A stretch of DNA of 63,991 bases, counting the filler, from Babesia bigemina (lineage: Eukaryota), in NCBI RefSeq assembly GCF_000981445.1. It is 4 parts of 4 records of this genome, joined end to end, with 100 filler letters (N's around TTAATTAATTAA, not from the genome) between each part and the next. Parts side by side here need not be neighbours in the genome. Positions count along the whole stretch, not along the records: positions 24,686 to 42,716 come from NW_012237335.1; 3 more parts are not named here. One strand, given 5' to 3'. A model generated the notes under the pieces. That model did no database searches, was not told where the DNA came from, and saw only the letters and a list, made by a program, of their open reading frames with translations. Below, in pieces: positions 28,800 through 41,392 of this stretch (within the stretch, counting starts at the first letter, position 1; each line of letters opens with the position of its first letter). Position numbers and translations under genes: made by a program.

Positions 28800-31700
28800 T
28801 TACGGTTGCAGGTACGATATCTTGGCAAGCCTTCCGACTTGCGCTGCAGCCAACAATGACTGCGCCGTTATCTTGTGCGATGATGGTGATCTCAGGTGTG
28901 AGCGGATGTGGAGCACATCCAGTCTGCCAACCATTACGCAAAGGAGGTACAGGAGGGATAGTGACCAGAGTGCGAGGACCATGTAGGTGAACGGTTCTCT
29001 GATGGTCCAAATGAAGTTGTCACATTCCGTGAATAGCTTAACAAAATACTCCGATTTCAACACTCTGTCCAGCTGAGAGCAGAAATCAGAACATGATTTA
29101 GCCGATGTCTCATTATTTAATGTTGCCGCGTTACCAAAACAGAAACCGAACTGGTACAGTGTTGCGGATACACCCTTGCACTGTACCATCGATTCACACT
29201 TGCAATGAGGCTTTGCAGGCTCACCTTCTTTCTGCTCAACGAGGCCATGCTGTCCACGCTTACATTTGTCAGCACGCAGACACGTATGACAGCCCCAGTC
29301 TTGGCAGGAAATATTCTTGAATGCGTTACACAAATTGTTGAGTTGAGTCCAGAAATCCCACGGCAGATAGACAGCCCATGTGAGGTACGTGGCAAAGTTC
29401 TTATGAACAAGGTATTCATACGTGTCCGAACACAGTGTGGATAGATAGGGAGCACAGCGCATAACCCTGTCGGTGCAACTGTTAGTCATGCATAAGCTGG
29501 ATACATCGGCATAGACATCGAGATGATTCACGCCTTCGTGCTCATGCTGACTGTTGCCGTAAGCGTCACGAAGTACATTGGTAAGCTTACCCGTGTCAGT
29601 GTAGAGCTTAATGGAGAGTCTCTGAATAGATGCTTCAATCTTAGTTTGTGATACTGGTTTTCTACCTGCATCAGTAATATAAGATGCAACTTTGACCCAC
29701 TTATTAACCAAGCTTAACCCGAAACTGAAATGCTCCGGCAGCGTCTTCGGCGGAGTTGGTGACAAGCCGAATAATGATGAAACCACGCCACTACCTAAGA
29801 ATTCGCGAATCATCTCACGTAGCTGACGGCCTGTTTTGGTCGACCCAGAAAACGCTCTGAAACCCAGCGGTGTGACGCACGGCATTCCCAGCCTAGAAGT
29901 GGAGGGGCAGGTGGAGCATTTAGATTTGCATCCAACAGACTCCAATCTGTGTGGCAGGTAGCCGAGTAGAGAGTCACTTAGGTAGTTCATCAATGGCGAT
30001 GTTGGTTGGCATTTTGGTTCGCAGTTTGGTTGACAATTTGGTATGCACGTTACTTCTTCCGTTGGTTTGTTGTTGCAGTGCGATTTGGTTGTAGGTACGT
30101 CCCTGCCGTAGTGACAGTCGGCCCATCCGTAGTTCTTGTCTGCGACGCTGCATCGTTCAAACAAAAATCTGAGCGGCTGCAAAATTCTACGGAGGAAGTC
30201 AAGCAACATCTGCAAGCATTCTTCGCCGGAGCTCGGGTAGTACAGATTCAGCGTGTTATTCGAATAGTCACAAGCGTAGAATGTCGCCGCGTCGCCGTGG
30301 CCAACAACGGTGGTAAGCAGATCATACGATTTCGAACAAAGGTATTCCAGTACTTTTGATATGCTCTTATACGTGATTCGCTGCGGGTGCGCCTCTAGGT
30401 ATGACTGCTCGATGTCAAATACGCTGATCTCTCCGTCGCCAGCAAGCGGCTTCTCCGGATTATCAAGCACGTTGGTGAACCCGTCTGATAGCAGCGCCTG
30501 GTACGCGGAAGTGTAAGTTAGCCCTGAGAGCCACACCAGCATCTCGAAAACGGTACATGGCGTTCTAGGTTTGGGGAGTATAGCGATGTGACATATGGCG
30601 TTGTACTTGTCTATGTGATAAAGAATGCATTCGAGAATATCAAAAAGATTAAAGAGGACGTTCGTCTGGCGTTTATTCGATTCACACTGCTTAAGATGAT
30701 CGTTGTCTTTCGCACCGTCGACCCTAAAACTGATTCTGTTGGCGACGTATTCACCGTTTATGACGCTCTTGTTTTGCAGCTCCCAGTGCTGTTTGTCGCT
30801 CTCTGATACTCTGAAGCCGTGCCGTAGGAACAACCTGCCGAGATCAGAGGACGAGTGAATTTGGTGTCCCTTCAGACTATTGCAATTTATTCTCAAGTCA
30901 TGCACAGCATCGTAAATTGTGGAAAAAGCGGTCAAGAATATTTTAGCGCAGTATGTGGTCTCCGGGTTGTTTGCTTGATCCCAGTTGATATTGCTAGCGC
31001 CGTCGTAGACCGAGACGTAGGCCTTACCGAGCTCGTCAACCAGACCCCGGAAACCATGGGCAACGGTTTCCAGCAGCGGAGTGCTCGGCTCAGAAAATGA
31101 CTCAGGGTGTAGGCCGTGAACTTCTGTGGAGAGGATGTCGAGCATTTCAGGTACCTTATAGTCGTACCTATTATGTTTACTAAGATGGTTGAGTAAGCGG
31201 TTAAGTTCGTTAGTAACGGAATCAATCTTGGAGGTGTATAGTTGTCCGTCGCCAGATGGCTTGGGATTATTTCGCTCTTTGTTTGCTGCGTGAACTCTCT
31301 TGATCTCCGCTGTGACGTAGTCGTGGAGTGGCTGCCAGAAAGACTGGAACTTGTTGGCCAGCTTTTCGAAGTTTTCCTTGTAGTCAGAGGGATTCTTGGA
31401 GAAACGGTCGACAATGTCTTTCAGTTTCTCGATATTATCATACTTTACTGCTTGACCATTCTGTCCCTGAAAAGCTCCCATGAAACCTTTGAACCCGACC
31501 GTCAAGTCTTCTTCGATTGCATCAGGCAATTTATCCAACTGTCCTCTCACCTTGTCGGCGAATTGTTGCAGTAGGTAGTGCAGGGTTGTGACGTAATGGG
31601 TGTTTGCCTGCTTGGTGAGCTCTTTTTTGGCTTCCGTCAGTTTGTCGTCGACCTCTTTGGTGAGCTCGTCGATGACGTGTGCTGCGGCTTTGTCGGCGTC

Positions 31701-34439
31701 TGGCTTAAGGAACATCTCGGCGCTACGGATGACATTTTGCAGATCAACATCTTGAAGTTTTTTAAGCTTAGCATTTAGACTCATTAAACTGTTTACACCG
31801 CCGGACAAAGTTCTACCGATTCTTCGTTTCAACTCCGTCAACCTTCCTTTGGCGGTTTCCGGGCCTTTTTCAGCGGCGTCAGTGACGGCTTTGCAGAGCT
31901 CGTCAAGTCTGGCGTTGACTGCATCTAGCTGTTTTTGAGCTTCATCGTCGAGACTTTGTATCGATGTCAAAGCCTCCTCCACTTGCTCTCTGATCGCTTT
32001 GATCTTTTTGGGGAGTTGGCCATCTAGCTGGTTAGGGTCATCACGCGCAAGGCTATCTTGGTCAACTTGTGCTCTGTAATTCGTAAATTTATCATTCTCA
32101 AATCCGGCTATTTTTTCAGCTGCATCCGGTACTCCTCGGAGACTATCCCCGCCGATCTCCTTGTCGAGTACACTGCTACCAGTTCCACCGTCCGTTTTGA
32201 AATCGCCGTCTTTGAGGTTTTTCTCGTAGGTTGTTTTGAATTCCTCCATGAACGTACCACCAAACTCGTAATTTTCTTTACTTCGAGGTTGTGAATATGT
32301 GTGCTTAAAGGCTTCGTTAGTTACAGTACCTTGAAGCGTTTTAAGTCTCTCATTGATATCTGTTCCGTACACATTCTGTAATTTCAGAAGACCTTTAGCT
32401 TTTTCTTGCGCGCCGTAATCAACTTCATTGTTATCCCTATTATAAGTTATAGCATCTCTTATTTTATCCACTTTGTCTTTAATCGCATCACTCACGTTTC
32501 CAATCTCTGTAGTGAGTTGTCGCACTATTGCTTCAATGACGGTTTTAACTATATCCGCAGAGTGCGACGAGACTATCTGGGCGATGTTGCCGAGCTCAGA
32601 TAGCAGAGATTTAAGATCATTTTTTAGTTTAGATGCGTCGATGCTTGACGCACCAGCGAGATCCGTAGTCACTGCTTTTATCGCTGTTGATAATCCGCTA
32701 AATTTACCGTTAAGAGGAGCAATAGTCATTTTATCTCCCAGATATCTTCGCAAATTTTTTTGAAGGGTAGCAGATTGGAAAACTTTTTCCGGGTTTTCGG
32801 CAATTGAATGCAGCGCAACCAGTTGAGATCTTGCTTTATTAATGCAGCTTTCTAAGTCAACTCTGAAGGCATTACCAGCAATACTTTCCATGCCCTCGGA
32901 TATCTGCCGCATCGCCTCTTTAATTTTCTGCATAACATCGGTATCGAGCTGGTTGAAATACGTTTTAAGCTTACTGAACGCCATACCTTGACCAATCACC
33001 TGCAGAAGTGGCGCTTTGATGGTCGTATCACCGTACGCGTTTTTAATACTTTCATTAACCTTAAGACCCCCCAGGTTTAAAATATCTTCCATGACAATCC
33101 CAATAGCCGCCTGAAGCGCATTCCTGCTGTTCTTAAAATTCTCGAAAAACTGTCCCGAACTGCTTACAATTTCACCAAGCTCTCCAGTAATCGCACTTTC
33201 AATCGTCCACAATCCCTCCTTCACATTCCCTACCAACGTAGTACCCAACTGCTGAACCGCCGCCTTTATGTTATCTTTCACTGTCTTCAAATCTTTCTTA
33301 ATTGCCTCGTCCATCGATTTCACCTGCTGGAGCGCCAACTTTACAGTTTCCGCGACTTTAGTTTTAGCGTTATCCCCTGCTTCGCGTAGCGAGAATGCGT
33401 GCTGTCTGATCATGTTGGCCGCGGCACTAACTGCTTTCTTTTTATCGGAATCCTTATACACCTCCTCCAGTATCTTCTCTACTTTTTCTTCTGCCAGTCT
33501 TATTACATCATCGGTTTCCTTCATCCACCAGTCGAAATCCTTGACGTACTGTGCCAGGACGTTACTAATGCTCTCCAGCGTATTCAAAATGTGTTTAACG
33601 TCTTTTTTCAGCTTGTTGACAAGTTTAGTAATATCATCTGTTATCTTAGATTTCACGCAACTTTTAATGTCTTCAAGCTTCTTAACCATCTTCACAATCG
33701 CGTCGTAATTCTCCTTTTCCTTCCTGGACAAGGTAGTCAACCGGTCGGTCTCGTACTTAACTGTCTCACGAACACTATGCACTCTCTCACGTAATTTATG
33801 ATTAAGATCATTAATGTCTTTTTTTAAGTTTTTCTTAAGCTTATTTATGTCAAAAGTGTCATTAAATGTATTGGCCTTTGCGACGCACTGTGTCACTAAG
33901 TTGTCGGCCTTGGTCACCTCGGGGTCCGTTTGCTTGGTGTCATCGGATACACTCGCAACCTGCATAGCATTAAAACGTGTAATAAACTCACCGTTATTTT
34001 CAGTCTTCAGATAGGTTAATAATGCTTTAATGGGATCACTGAGTCTCTCATTTGAAGTCTTGACAAAACCATTGTACTTTCTCACCCCTTCGACCACCTT
34101 TCCAATCGCAACATTAAAACCTTTTTTACCAAGGTGTTTATTGGTGTTAAGAGTGTTAATTGCATCATCTAAAGTATTTTTATGCTGCCCTAAATGCTCT
34201 TTGATGTTGCTGAGAACACCACTCAAAAATCCCATCACCGCGTCACACAGCCTATCCAGGTCTGAGTACACAATCCCAGTGCCATCGTAGCCTTTAGATT
34301 CAGAGTTGAAGCCGAGGAATTTCTCGAGGCCAGTGCAGAGATTCTCTAACAGCGTTTTACAATTGTTTTCGTTAGTCAATCCATTAAGACTCTTTTTAAG
34401 GTCGTCAACCTGAGACAACTTGGACTCAATGTCCTGCAA
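28800..34439 (-). CDS. ves: VESA-like antigen, subfamily-1 body, tail type A
   Basis: 1879-codon ORF with YSDLDRLCD, PTSPLMNYL, TM and GRLAKISYLQP. Track start is TTG; first in-frame ATG is at 34235. Confidence 0.85.
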   Translation of the reverse strand: MQDIESKLSQVDDLKKSLNGLTNENNCKTLLENLCTGLEKFLGFNSESKGYDGTGIVYSDLDRLCDAVMGFLSGVLSNIKEHLGQHKNTLDDAINTLNTNKHLGKKGFNVAIGKVVEGVRKYNGFVKTSNERLSDPIKALLTYLKTENNGEFITRFNAMQVASVSDDTKQTDPEVTKADNLVTQCVAKANTFNDTFDINKLKKNLKKDINDLNHKLRERVHSVRETVKYETDRLTTLSRKEKENYDAIVKMVKKLEDIKSCVKSKITDDITKLVNKLKKDVKHILNTLESISNVLAQYVKDFDWWMKETDDVIRLAEEKVEKILEEVYKDSDKKKAVSAAANMIRQHAFSLREAGDNAKTKVAETVKLALQQVKSMDEAIKKDLKTVKDNIKAAVQQLGTTLVGNVKEGLWTIESAITGELGEIVSSSGQFFENFKNSRNALQAAIGIVMEDILNLGGLKVNESIKNAYGDTTIKAPLLQVIGQGMAFSKLKTYFNQLDTDVMQKIKEAMRQISEGMESIAGNAFRVDLESCINKARSQLVALHSIAENPEKVFQSATLQKNLRRYLGDKMTIAPLNGKFSGLSTAIKAVTTDLAGASSIDASKLKNDLKSLLSELGNIAQIVSSHSADIVKTVIEAIVRQLTTEIGNVSDAIKDKVDKIRDAITYNRDNNEVDYGAQEKAKGLLKLQNVYGTDINERLKTLQGTVTNEAFKHTYSQPRSKENYEFGGTFMEEFKTTYEKNLKDGDFKTDGGTGSSVLDKEIGGDSLRGVPDAAEKIAGFENDKFTNYRAQVDQDSLARDDPNQLDGQLPKKIKAIREQVEEALTSIQSLDDEAQKQLDAVNARLDELCKAVTDAAEKGPETAKGRLTELKRRIGRTLSGGVNSLMSLNAKLKKLQDVDLQNVIRSAEMFLKPDADKAAAHVIDELTKEVDDKLTEAKKELTKQANTHYVTTLHYLLQQFADKVRGQLDKLPDAIEEDLTVGFKGFMGAFQGQNGQAVKYDNIEKLKDIVDRFSKNPSDYKENFEKLANKFQSFWQPLHDYVTAEIKRVHAANKERNNPKPSGDGQLYTSKIDSVTNELNRLLNHLSKHNRYDYKVPEMLDILSTEVHGLHPESFSEPSTPLLETVAHGFRGLVDELGKAYVSVYDGASNINWDQANNPETTYCAKIFLTAFSTIYDAVHDLRINCNSLKGHQIHSSSDLGRLFLRHGFRVSESDKQHWELQNKSVINGEYVANRISFRVDGAKDNDHLKQCESNKRQTNVLFNLFDILECILYHIDKYNAICHIAILPKPRTPCTVFEMLVWLSGLTYTSAYQALLSDGFTNVLDNPEKPLAGDGEISVFDIEQSYLEAHPQRITYKSISKVLEYLCSKSYDLLTTVVGHGDAATFYACDYSNNTLNLYYPSSGEECLQMLLDFLRRILQPLRFLFERCSVADKNYGWADCHYGRDVPTTKSHCNNKPTEEVTCIPNCQPNCEPKCQPTSPLMNYLSDSLLGYLPHRLESVGCKSKCSTCPSTSRLGMPCVTPLGFRAFSGSTKTGRQLREMIREFLGSGVVSSLFGLSPTPPKTLPEHFSFGLSLVNKWVKVASYITDAGRKPVSQTKIEASIQRLSIKLYTDTGKLTNVLRDAYGNSQHEHEGVNHLDVYADVSSLCMTNSCTDRVMRCAPYLSTLCSDTYEYLVHKNFATYLTWAVYLPWDFWTQLNNLCNAFKNISCQDWGCHTCLRADKCKRGQHGLVEQKEGEPAKPHCKCESMVQCKGVSATLYQFGFCFGNAATLNNETSAKSCSDFCSQLDRVLKSEYFVKLFTECDNFIWTIREPFTYMVLALWSLSLLYLLCVMVGRLDVLHIRSHLRSPSSHKITAQSLLAAAQVGRLAKISYLQP

Positions 34440-34677
34440 AGCTTTCTTAGTAGCATCGTCAGTTAGAGAATGGTCAGTATCAGCAAGTTATTATAAAGAT
34501 TAATAGAGGTCATAGCGTTAATATAACGAAGTAATTCGAGACATTTGGAGTTAGGGTGAACATGATGGGACATGGCAGTGGCAAGAGGTGGAAGAGGGGA
34601 AGTGTAAGGTGACAAGGCACAAGTTATTATAAAGGTTTATAAAGGTCATAGCGGTATTAAGGCGAGGTGATTCAAGG
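34440..34677 (-). promoter_or_regulatory. Conserved ~240-bp ves leader
   Basis: Homologous to 17951-18187, 43178-43414, 51537-51774 and 62424-62602. Confidence 0.55.
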
Positions 34678-35680
34678 GATGTAGAGTGGGTTAGGGAGCG
34701 ATGTAGAGTGGATAAAGGGGCGATGTAGAGTGGATAAAGGGGCGATGTAGAGTGGGTTAAGGGGCGATGTAGAGTGGGTTAGGGAGCGATGTAGAGTGGA
34801 TAAAGGAGCGATGTAGAGTGGGTAAAGGAGCGACGTAGAGTGGATAAGGGGCGATGTGGAGTGGGTTAGGGAGCGATGTAGAGTGGATAAAGTGGCGATG
34901 TAGAGTGGATTAGGGAGCGATGTAGAGTGGGTTAAGGGGCGATGTAGAGTGGGTTAGGGAGCGATGTAGAGTGGGTAAAAGGGCGATGTGGAGTGGATAA
35001 AGGGGCGATGTGGAGTGGAGTAAGGAGCGATGTAGAGTGGGTTAAGGGGCGATGTGGAGTGGATAAAGGGGCGATGTAGAGTGGGTTAAGGGGCGATGTA
35101 GAGTGGGTTAAGGGGCGATGTGGAGTGGGCTAGGGAGCGATGTAGAGTGGATAAAGGGGCGATGTAGAGTGGGTTAGGGAGCGATGTGGAGTGGGTTAAG
35201 GAGCGATGTAAGGTGGTAAAGGGGCGATGTAGAGTGGGTTAAGGGAGCGATGTAGAGTGGGTTAGGGAGCGATGTAGAGTGGGTTAGGGAGCGATGTGGA
35301 GTGGGTTAGGGAGCGATGTGGAGTGGATAAAGGGGCGATGTAGAGTGGGTTAGGGAGCGATTAGAGAAGGTTAAGGAGCGATGAAGGGTGGGTTAGGGAG
35401 CGATGTAGAGTGGGCTAAGGAGCGATGTAGAGTGGGTAAAAGGGCGATGTGGAGTGGATAAAGGGGCGATGTGGAGTGGAGTAAGGAGCGATGTAGAGTG
35501 GGTTAAGGGGCGATGTGGAGTGGATGAAGGGGCGATGTAGGGTGGATAAAGGGGCGATGTAGAGTGGATAAAGGGGCGATGTAGAGTGGATAAGGGGCGA
35601 TGTAGGGTGGGTTAAGGAGCGATGGAGAGTGGATAAAGGGGCGATGTGGAGTGGGTTAGTGAGCGATGTAGAGTGGATAA
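34678..35680 (-). repeat. 22-bp satellite
   Basis: Direct periodicity. Confidence 0.97.
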
Positions 35681-35714
35681 TAATCACCACTTAGGTCAGC
35701 TGCTTGGTCACCAC

Positions 35715-36275
35715 TGTCATCGCTGCCGTAACCATGTCATCGCTGCCGTGACCATGTCATCGCTGCCGTAACCATGTCATCGCTGCCGTAACCATGTCAT
35801 CGCTGCCGTGACCATGTCATCGCTGCCGTGTCCATGTCATCGCTGCCGTAACCATAACATCGCTGCCGTGACCATGTCATCGCTGCCGTGACCATAACAT
35901 CGCTGCCGTGACCATGTCATCGCTGCCGTGACCATGTCATCGCTGCCGTCACCATGTCATCGCTGCCGTGTCCATGTCATCGCTGCCGTAACCATGTCAC
36001 CGCTGCCGTAACCATGTCATCGCTGCCGTCACCATGTCATCGCTGCCGTGTCCATGTCATCGCTGCCGTGTCCATCTCATCGCTGCCGTAACCATGTCAT
36101 CGCTGCCGTTACCATGTCATCGCTGCCGTGTCCATGTCATCGCTGCCGTAACCATGTCGTCGCTGCCGTGACCATGTCACCACTTTAGTCACCACTGTCA
36201 CCGCTGCCGTGACCATGTCACCGCTGCCGTGACCATGTCATCGCTGCCGTGACCATGTCATCGCTGCCGTGTCCA
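35715..36275 (-). repeat. 20-bp tandem repeat, about 27 units
   Basis: Direct periodicity. Confidence 0.95.
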
Positions 36276-36279
36276 CTAA

Positions 36280-36680
36280 CTTGGTCAGCACCTTGGTCAG
36301 CGCTTTGGTCAACACTTTGGTCAGCACTTTGGTCAGCACATTGGTCACCACTTTGGTCAGCACTTTGGTCAGCACGTTGGTCATCACTTTGGTCAGCACT
36401 TTGGTCAACACTTTGGTCAACACTTTGGTCAGCATCTTGGTCATCGCATTGGTCAGCACTTTGGTCATGGCATTGGTCAGCACTTTGGTCACCACTTTGG
36501 TCATGGCATTGGTCACCACTCTGGTCATGGCATTGGTCAGCACCTTGGTCATGGCATTGGTCACCACTTTGGGCAGCATCTTGGTCAACACGTTGGTCAG
36601 CACTTTGGTCAGCACTCTGGTCAGCACCTTGGTCAGCACCTTGGTCAGCACATTGGTCAACACATTGGTCAGCACTTTAG
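36280..36680 (-). repeat. 12-bp tandem repeat
   Basis: Direct periodicity. Confidence 0.95.
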
Positions 36681-36800
36681 TTAACTTTTTGACAATCACA
36701 CACAACGATTAATAAGTGATACAAAACATTAGACAACAATTAGTTGTATAGGTGAGTAGGTGATGCTAGGTGAGTGTAGATAGTAAACACGTGAGTACGA

Positions 36801-39800
36801 TTACGGTTGCAGGTAAAACACTCTGTTAAGCTTGTTAACACGCGCAGCAGCAAGTAGTGATTGAGCTGCTATACGATGTGATGAGGGACTATGTAAATGC
36901 GATTTGATGTGGAGCAGGTCTAGGCGGATGACCATGATCTGGAGGAGGTAGAGAAGGGAGAGGAGCCAGAGCGCGACGTTGAGCCAGATGAAGGGGGCGC
37001 GGATGGTGAAGAGGAAATTGTCGCATTGCTTGAATAACGTTTCGAAGTATTTGGATTCAAGCACTGACTTGAGTTGTGTATAGAAATTAAAGCACATTTT
37101 TTGTCTATGCTTGGCGTTCAATTTGGCAGCATCACCAAACGTAAATCCGTGTTGATATAACGTTGGCCAAACGCCGTTACAGCTTACAACGGAGAGACAT
37201 CTACACGTTTTGTCAAGGGTTCCATGCTGCCCTTGTCTACATTTTGCGCTGCTCATACATTTTTTGCATCCCCAGTCTTGACATATGATACGGGTGAAGG
37301 CGTCAAGTAAGGATTGAAGCATTTGATATAAAGACCAAGGTAGGTAGACTGCCCATGACACGTATACGTCAGCATGCTTTGGGGCAAGGTATAAGTAAGA
37401 ATCATGGCATAGCGATTGAAGGTAAGGAGCGCATTGCTGGCCGGAACATAAGTTCGTATTCTTCGGTAAGCAGACACTAATTACGTCGGCGTGTTGAGTG
37501 TCGGCGTGCGATAAGTCATTGTCAGCATCGTTATGCTTGTGCCCATAGATGCTTCTGAATGTATCACAAAGTTCGGCAGTATCGTTGACTAGCTTTATGG
37601 ACAGCTTTTTAATCGAGCCTTCAAATGCATATTGCACCACGTGCTTGTTCGCTGAATATATCTTCTGCCAATTTCCGAAAAGCTGCGTTACAAAACTCAA
37701 ATGTTCGGGCAGAGTGGACGGCGGCTTCGGAGCTAGGCAGAGGAGCGATGAAAGTAGGCTGCCGCCGAAGAATTGACGAAGTACCTCACATAAGTCGTAA
37801 CCCGTTTTGGTTGATCCAGAGAACGCTCTAAAGCCAAGCGGAGTTAGGCACGGCATTCCTCGTTTATTAGTAGGGCACGTGGAACATTTGGCTTTGCAGC
37901 CGATGTCGCTTAGGTGGTGCGGTAAATGACCCGGCAGGCAGTCACCCAGGTAGGACATCAAGGGGGACGTAGGTTGGCAGTTTGCCTGGCAATTTGGTTC
38001 GCACTTTGTTTTGCAATTTGGTTTGCACGTTGAGTGTTGTTTGCATTGAGATTTGGCAGTAGAGGCATCTCTGCCGTACTGACAATTGCGCCAACCGTTA
38101 TGCTCAGCTGAAATACCACATCGGTAGAACAAATATTTCAGCGGTGGTAACAGCCGATGGACGACGTCAAGAATAGTCTGAAGGCACTCTTCACCGGAGG
38201 TAGGGTAATAGAATTTCATGGAGTTGTTCAACATATCGCAACCATACGTCGTGTATGCGTTACCAGTTCCAACAACCGTTACCAATATTTCGTATGATTT
38301 TGAACAGAGGTGGCCGAGCACTTTAGCGGTGTTCTTATACGTTATCTTATGTGGATATGCGTCTATATATGACGCTTGCAGATCAAGTACCGGAGTGCCT
38401 TCTATATCGCCGGATGGCTTGTTTGGATCAATGAAAGGATCACTGATACCGTCTACTAACAACGCGGAATATACTGGGTTATACGGCAATCCGCTGAACC
38501 AGCAGAGCATTTGGTATATATTACAGGGCGCTTTCGCACCGGGAATATGGGCCAAGTGAGAGACTTGGTAGTACGCCTCCAGATAATAGCAAACCAGGTA
38601 CAGTGGGCCTTCATCCTTGGCATCATCGTGACTAGTGTAGACTTTTTTAGTCGGACCGATCATACGACCGAGAATATGTGCGCCAGTCATACCCGATGCG
38701 TCTTGCAACTCCCCGTTCTGCTCACCGTCGCTGGAGATTTCGAAACCTAGTCCTACGAAGTGTTTGCCAAGATCCGCTGATGTGTTAAGTTGTTGTTTGG
38801 GCAGACTCTTGCAATTGCGCTTAACATCATGCAGCGACGTTTTCAAGATTGACAGCAGAGTGACAAAAGCTTTGGCGCATTGTAGACCGTATTCTGTCAC
38901 TCCCGTGGTTAACACCTCCGTCCAACTGAAATGCGTTGGAGCGCCGGAATACTTATTCACGTACGCCTTGTCAAGTTCGCAGTGCAACCGGTGGAAACCA
39001 TCTTTCAAGATGTTGAGCAGAACGTTCTGCTGTCCGTTGAATAAGGTGGGTTGTATTTCGGTGAGTAACTGATTAACTGCGGCTAGGTTGTCAACAAACT
39101 GCGCATCGTATTTGCTAAGTCCGGTTAAAAGCGTACTAAGGGCTGCTAATAGGTCGGGAATTTGGGGATGTCTGCATCCGATGTCCTTCCGCGACTGCAA
39201 CTCGTTTAGCAACCCGCTGAAGAGCAGATTAACGTCGAACCAAAAATCGGAGAGTGTCGCATTGTACTGTAGTTGCTCATTGAATGCAGTGAACCTAAAC
39301 GTTTCCTGAAGCAATCCCATGAAGCCCTTGAAACCCTTAGTGGCGTCTGCTGTGACCTTATCGGGGAGACCACCAAGTTCGTTGGCTACTTTGTCACATA
39401 ATGCCTGAATGTTCAACTTCATGAATATAACGTGACTTGTTCTAATATCTTCTAAAATTGCCGATTGTGCTGCATCGAGGTGTTCGTTGATATGTAGTTC
39501 AACATCTCCGATGATCTTATTTTGTTGACTAGAGGCGTGGTTGGCGATGCCTTGAGTTTGTGATATCAGTGGATCCATGCGCTCTGTTAGCAGTTTGATT
39601 AAGTCTTTCATAATTTTCTTCAAGCCTTTCTGAACTTGACCCCCAATATTATATTCATCGTTGTTGATCATGTGTCGCAGATCCGTTATTTTTCTTTTTA
39701 CACCGTCTTCGTGTTGGTCGTCAGCCGCATTGATGATAGCTGTGCAGAGGGTGACGATTTTTTTGCGAATGATATCGGTTGCGTTTTTTTCAATAGATGT

Positions 39801-41392
39801 GGCATTAATATTTTCTTCTAAAATTTTCAAAGGTTGCAATGCTGATTTTTGGAGTGTCCGAATTTTCCCCTTAATCGTATTATCACGAAATTCATCATCA
39901 CCTATATGTTCCGTATAACTTGTCATAAGATCCTTGACACTATCAGCCTGACGATGAGCCTCTTCAAATCTCAGCTCTACTTCCTTCTGAAGATTTCTAT
40001 TGAGAGTGCCATTGAGGTCGTTAATTTTTACTTTGATCTGGTCAAATGCTTTCTGAATTTCTTCACCAATATCTCCTGAGTCTTCGTCCGTATTAATCTT
40101 AACACCGATTTCTGCGACATCGGTAATAGCCTGAGTCAGGTTTGCAATGTGGGAAGAAGTGAAGAATGTTTCTATTGATTTGCCAAATGTTGAAGCAGCA
40201 GTATGCAGAAATTTAAAGACGATTTCCAAGACGGATCGCAAATTATTATTCGATGAAGTAAGTCCAAGCGATTTTACCCTAACATCTTGCTCAATACCTT
40301 GCACAAATAGTTTAATTTTTTCATCGTCAATCTCACCCTTTATTTCTGCGGCAATCGTATCAAGGAACTGCTTTATGTTTTTTAACTTCTGATCAATGCT
40401 TTCACTTCCCGAGCTTTGTAACCGAACTTTTCCGAGACGTTCTATAATCTTATCCTTGGTAACATTCCTTACTGCATCAACCTCATCGGGCTTAGCTGCG
40501 TAATATCCAATATAAAATGTCACTACCTTGCTATTCCAAACTTCATCAAACCACTTACCGACTGTGCATTGATCCGCGTCACCATCATCTTTTATTGCGA
40601 ATTTCTCGAACGCCGTGACGTACGTGTCAACTCCTTGATACATCTGAGTTAATCCCTTACCGGAACCAGTCAAACCATTAACAAGTTCTTTGATCTCATC
40701 TTTAAGATCGACCCATTTCTCTATAACACCTGTGTTATCATCGTCACCAATCGTGTTGTTTTTTATCCCCGCAAAATGCTTCTTTGCCTGATCAACAAAC
40801 GCAGTAATTGTCAGATCAATTGTTCCTTTCAAAGTTGACAAATCCTTCGTTATAGCGACATCCAACTTTTCAACTGCCTTCGTGACTTCTTCTACCAATG
40901 GTGGTAATGCTTTCTCTGACGCTTTATAGGCGTTATACAATTTCAGAGCGTTAGTCTTTAATTCTGAAACGGCCTTCTCAAGTTTTAACCTGTTATGTGT
41001 GCCTAAGGTTCCACTTGCTTCTGAAATGATATCGTTTACCCGTCGAAACGCTTCGTCGAGCGCGGTCTCCGCTTTTTTAATCCATGCCTCCAATTCCCTT
41101 ATATAACCCATGAAGGTGTCGTTAATCTTTCTCAGATCCTGTTTCAGTTCAACAATTTTCTGATTCATACCTCTTACAAATCTTCTAATTTGTTCCGCCA
41201 CTTGTGAATTTATCTGTTGCTTCGCCGAACTCATCACATCGGTCACTTTTGTCTCCACTCGTCGCACTTTAATATTTTGATATGTCCAAATTTCGTGCAG
41301 TCTATCACGTTGGTATTTTATTCCTTGTGTTACCATGTGAATCTCATTGTTTAAAGTATTCTGCAAATCGTGGATATCATCATGTTCCCCTT
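36801..41392 (-). pseudogene. ves: ves gene 5'-truncated by the retrotransposon; subfamily-1 body with tail type B
   Basis: Frame stays open up to the element end (GEHDDIHDLQNTL...); lacks the YSDLDRLCD N-terminus found in all intact copies. Confidence 0.8.
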
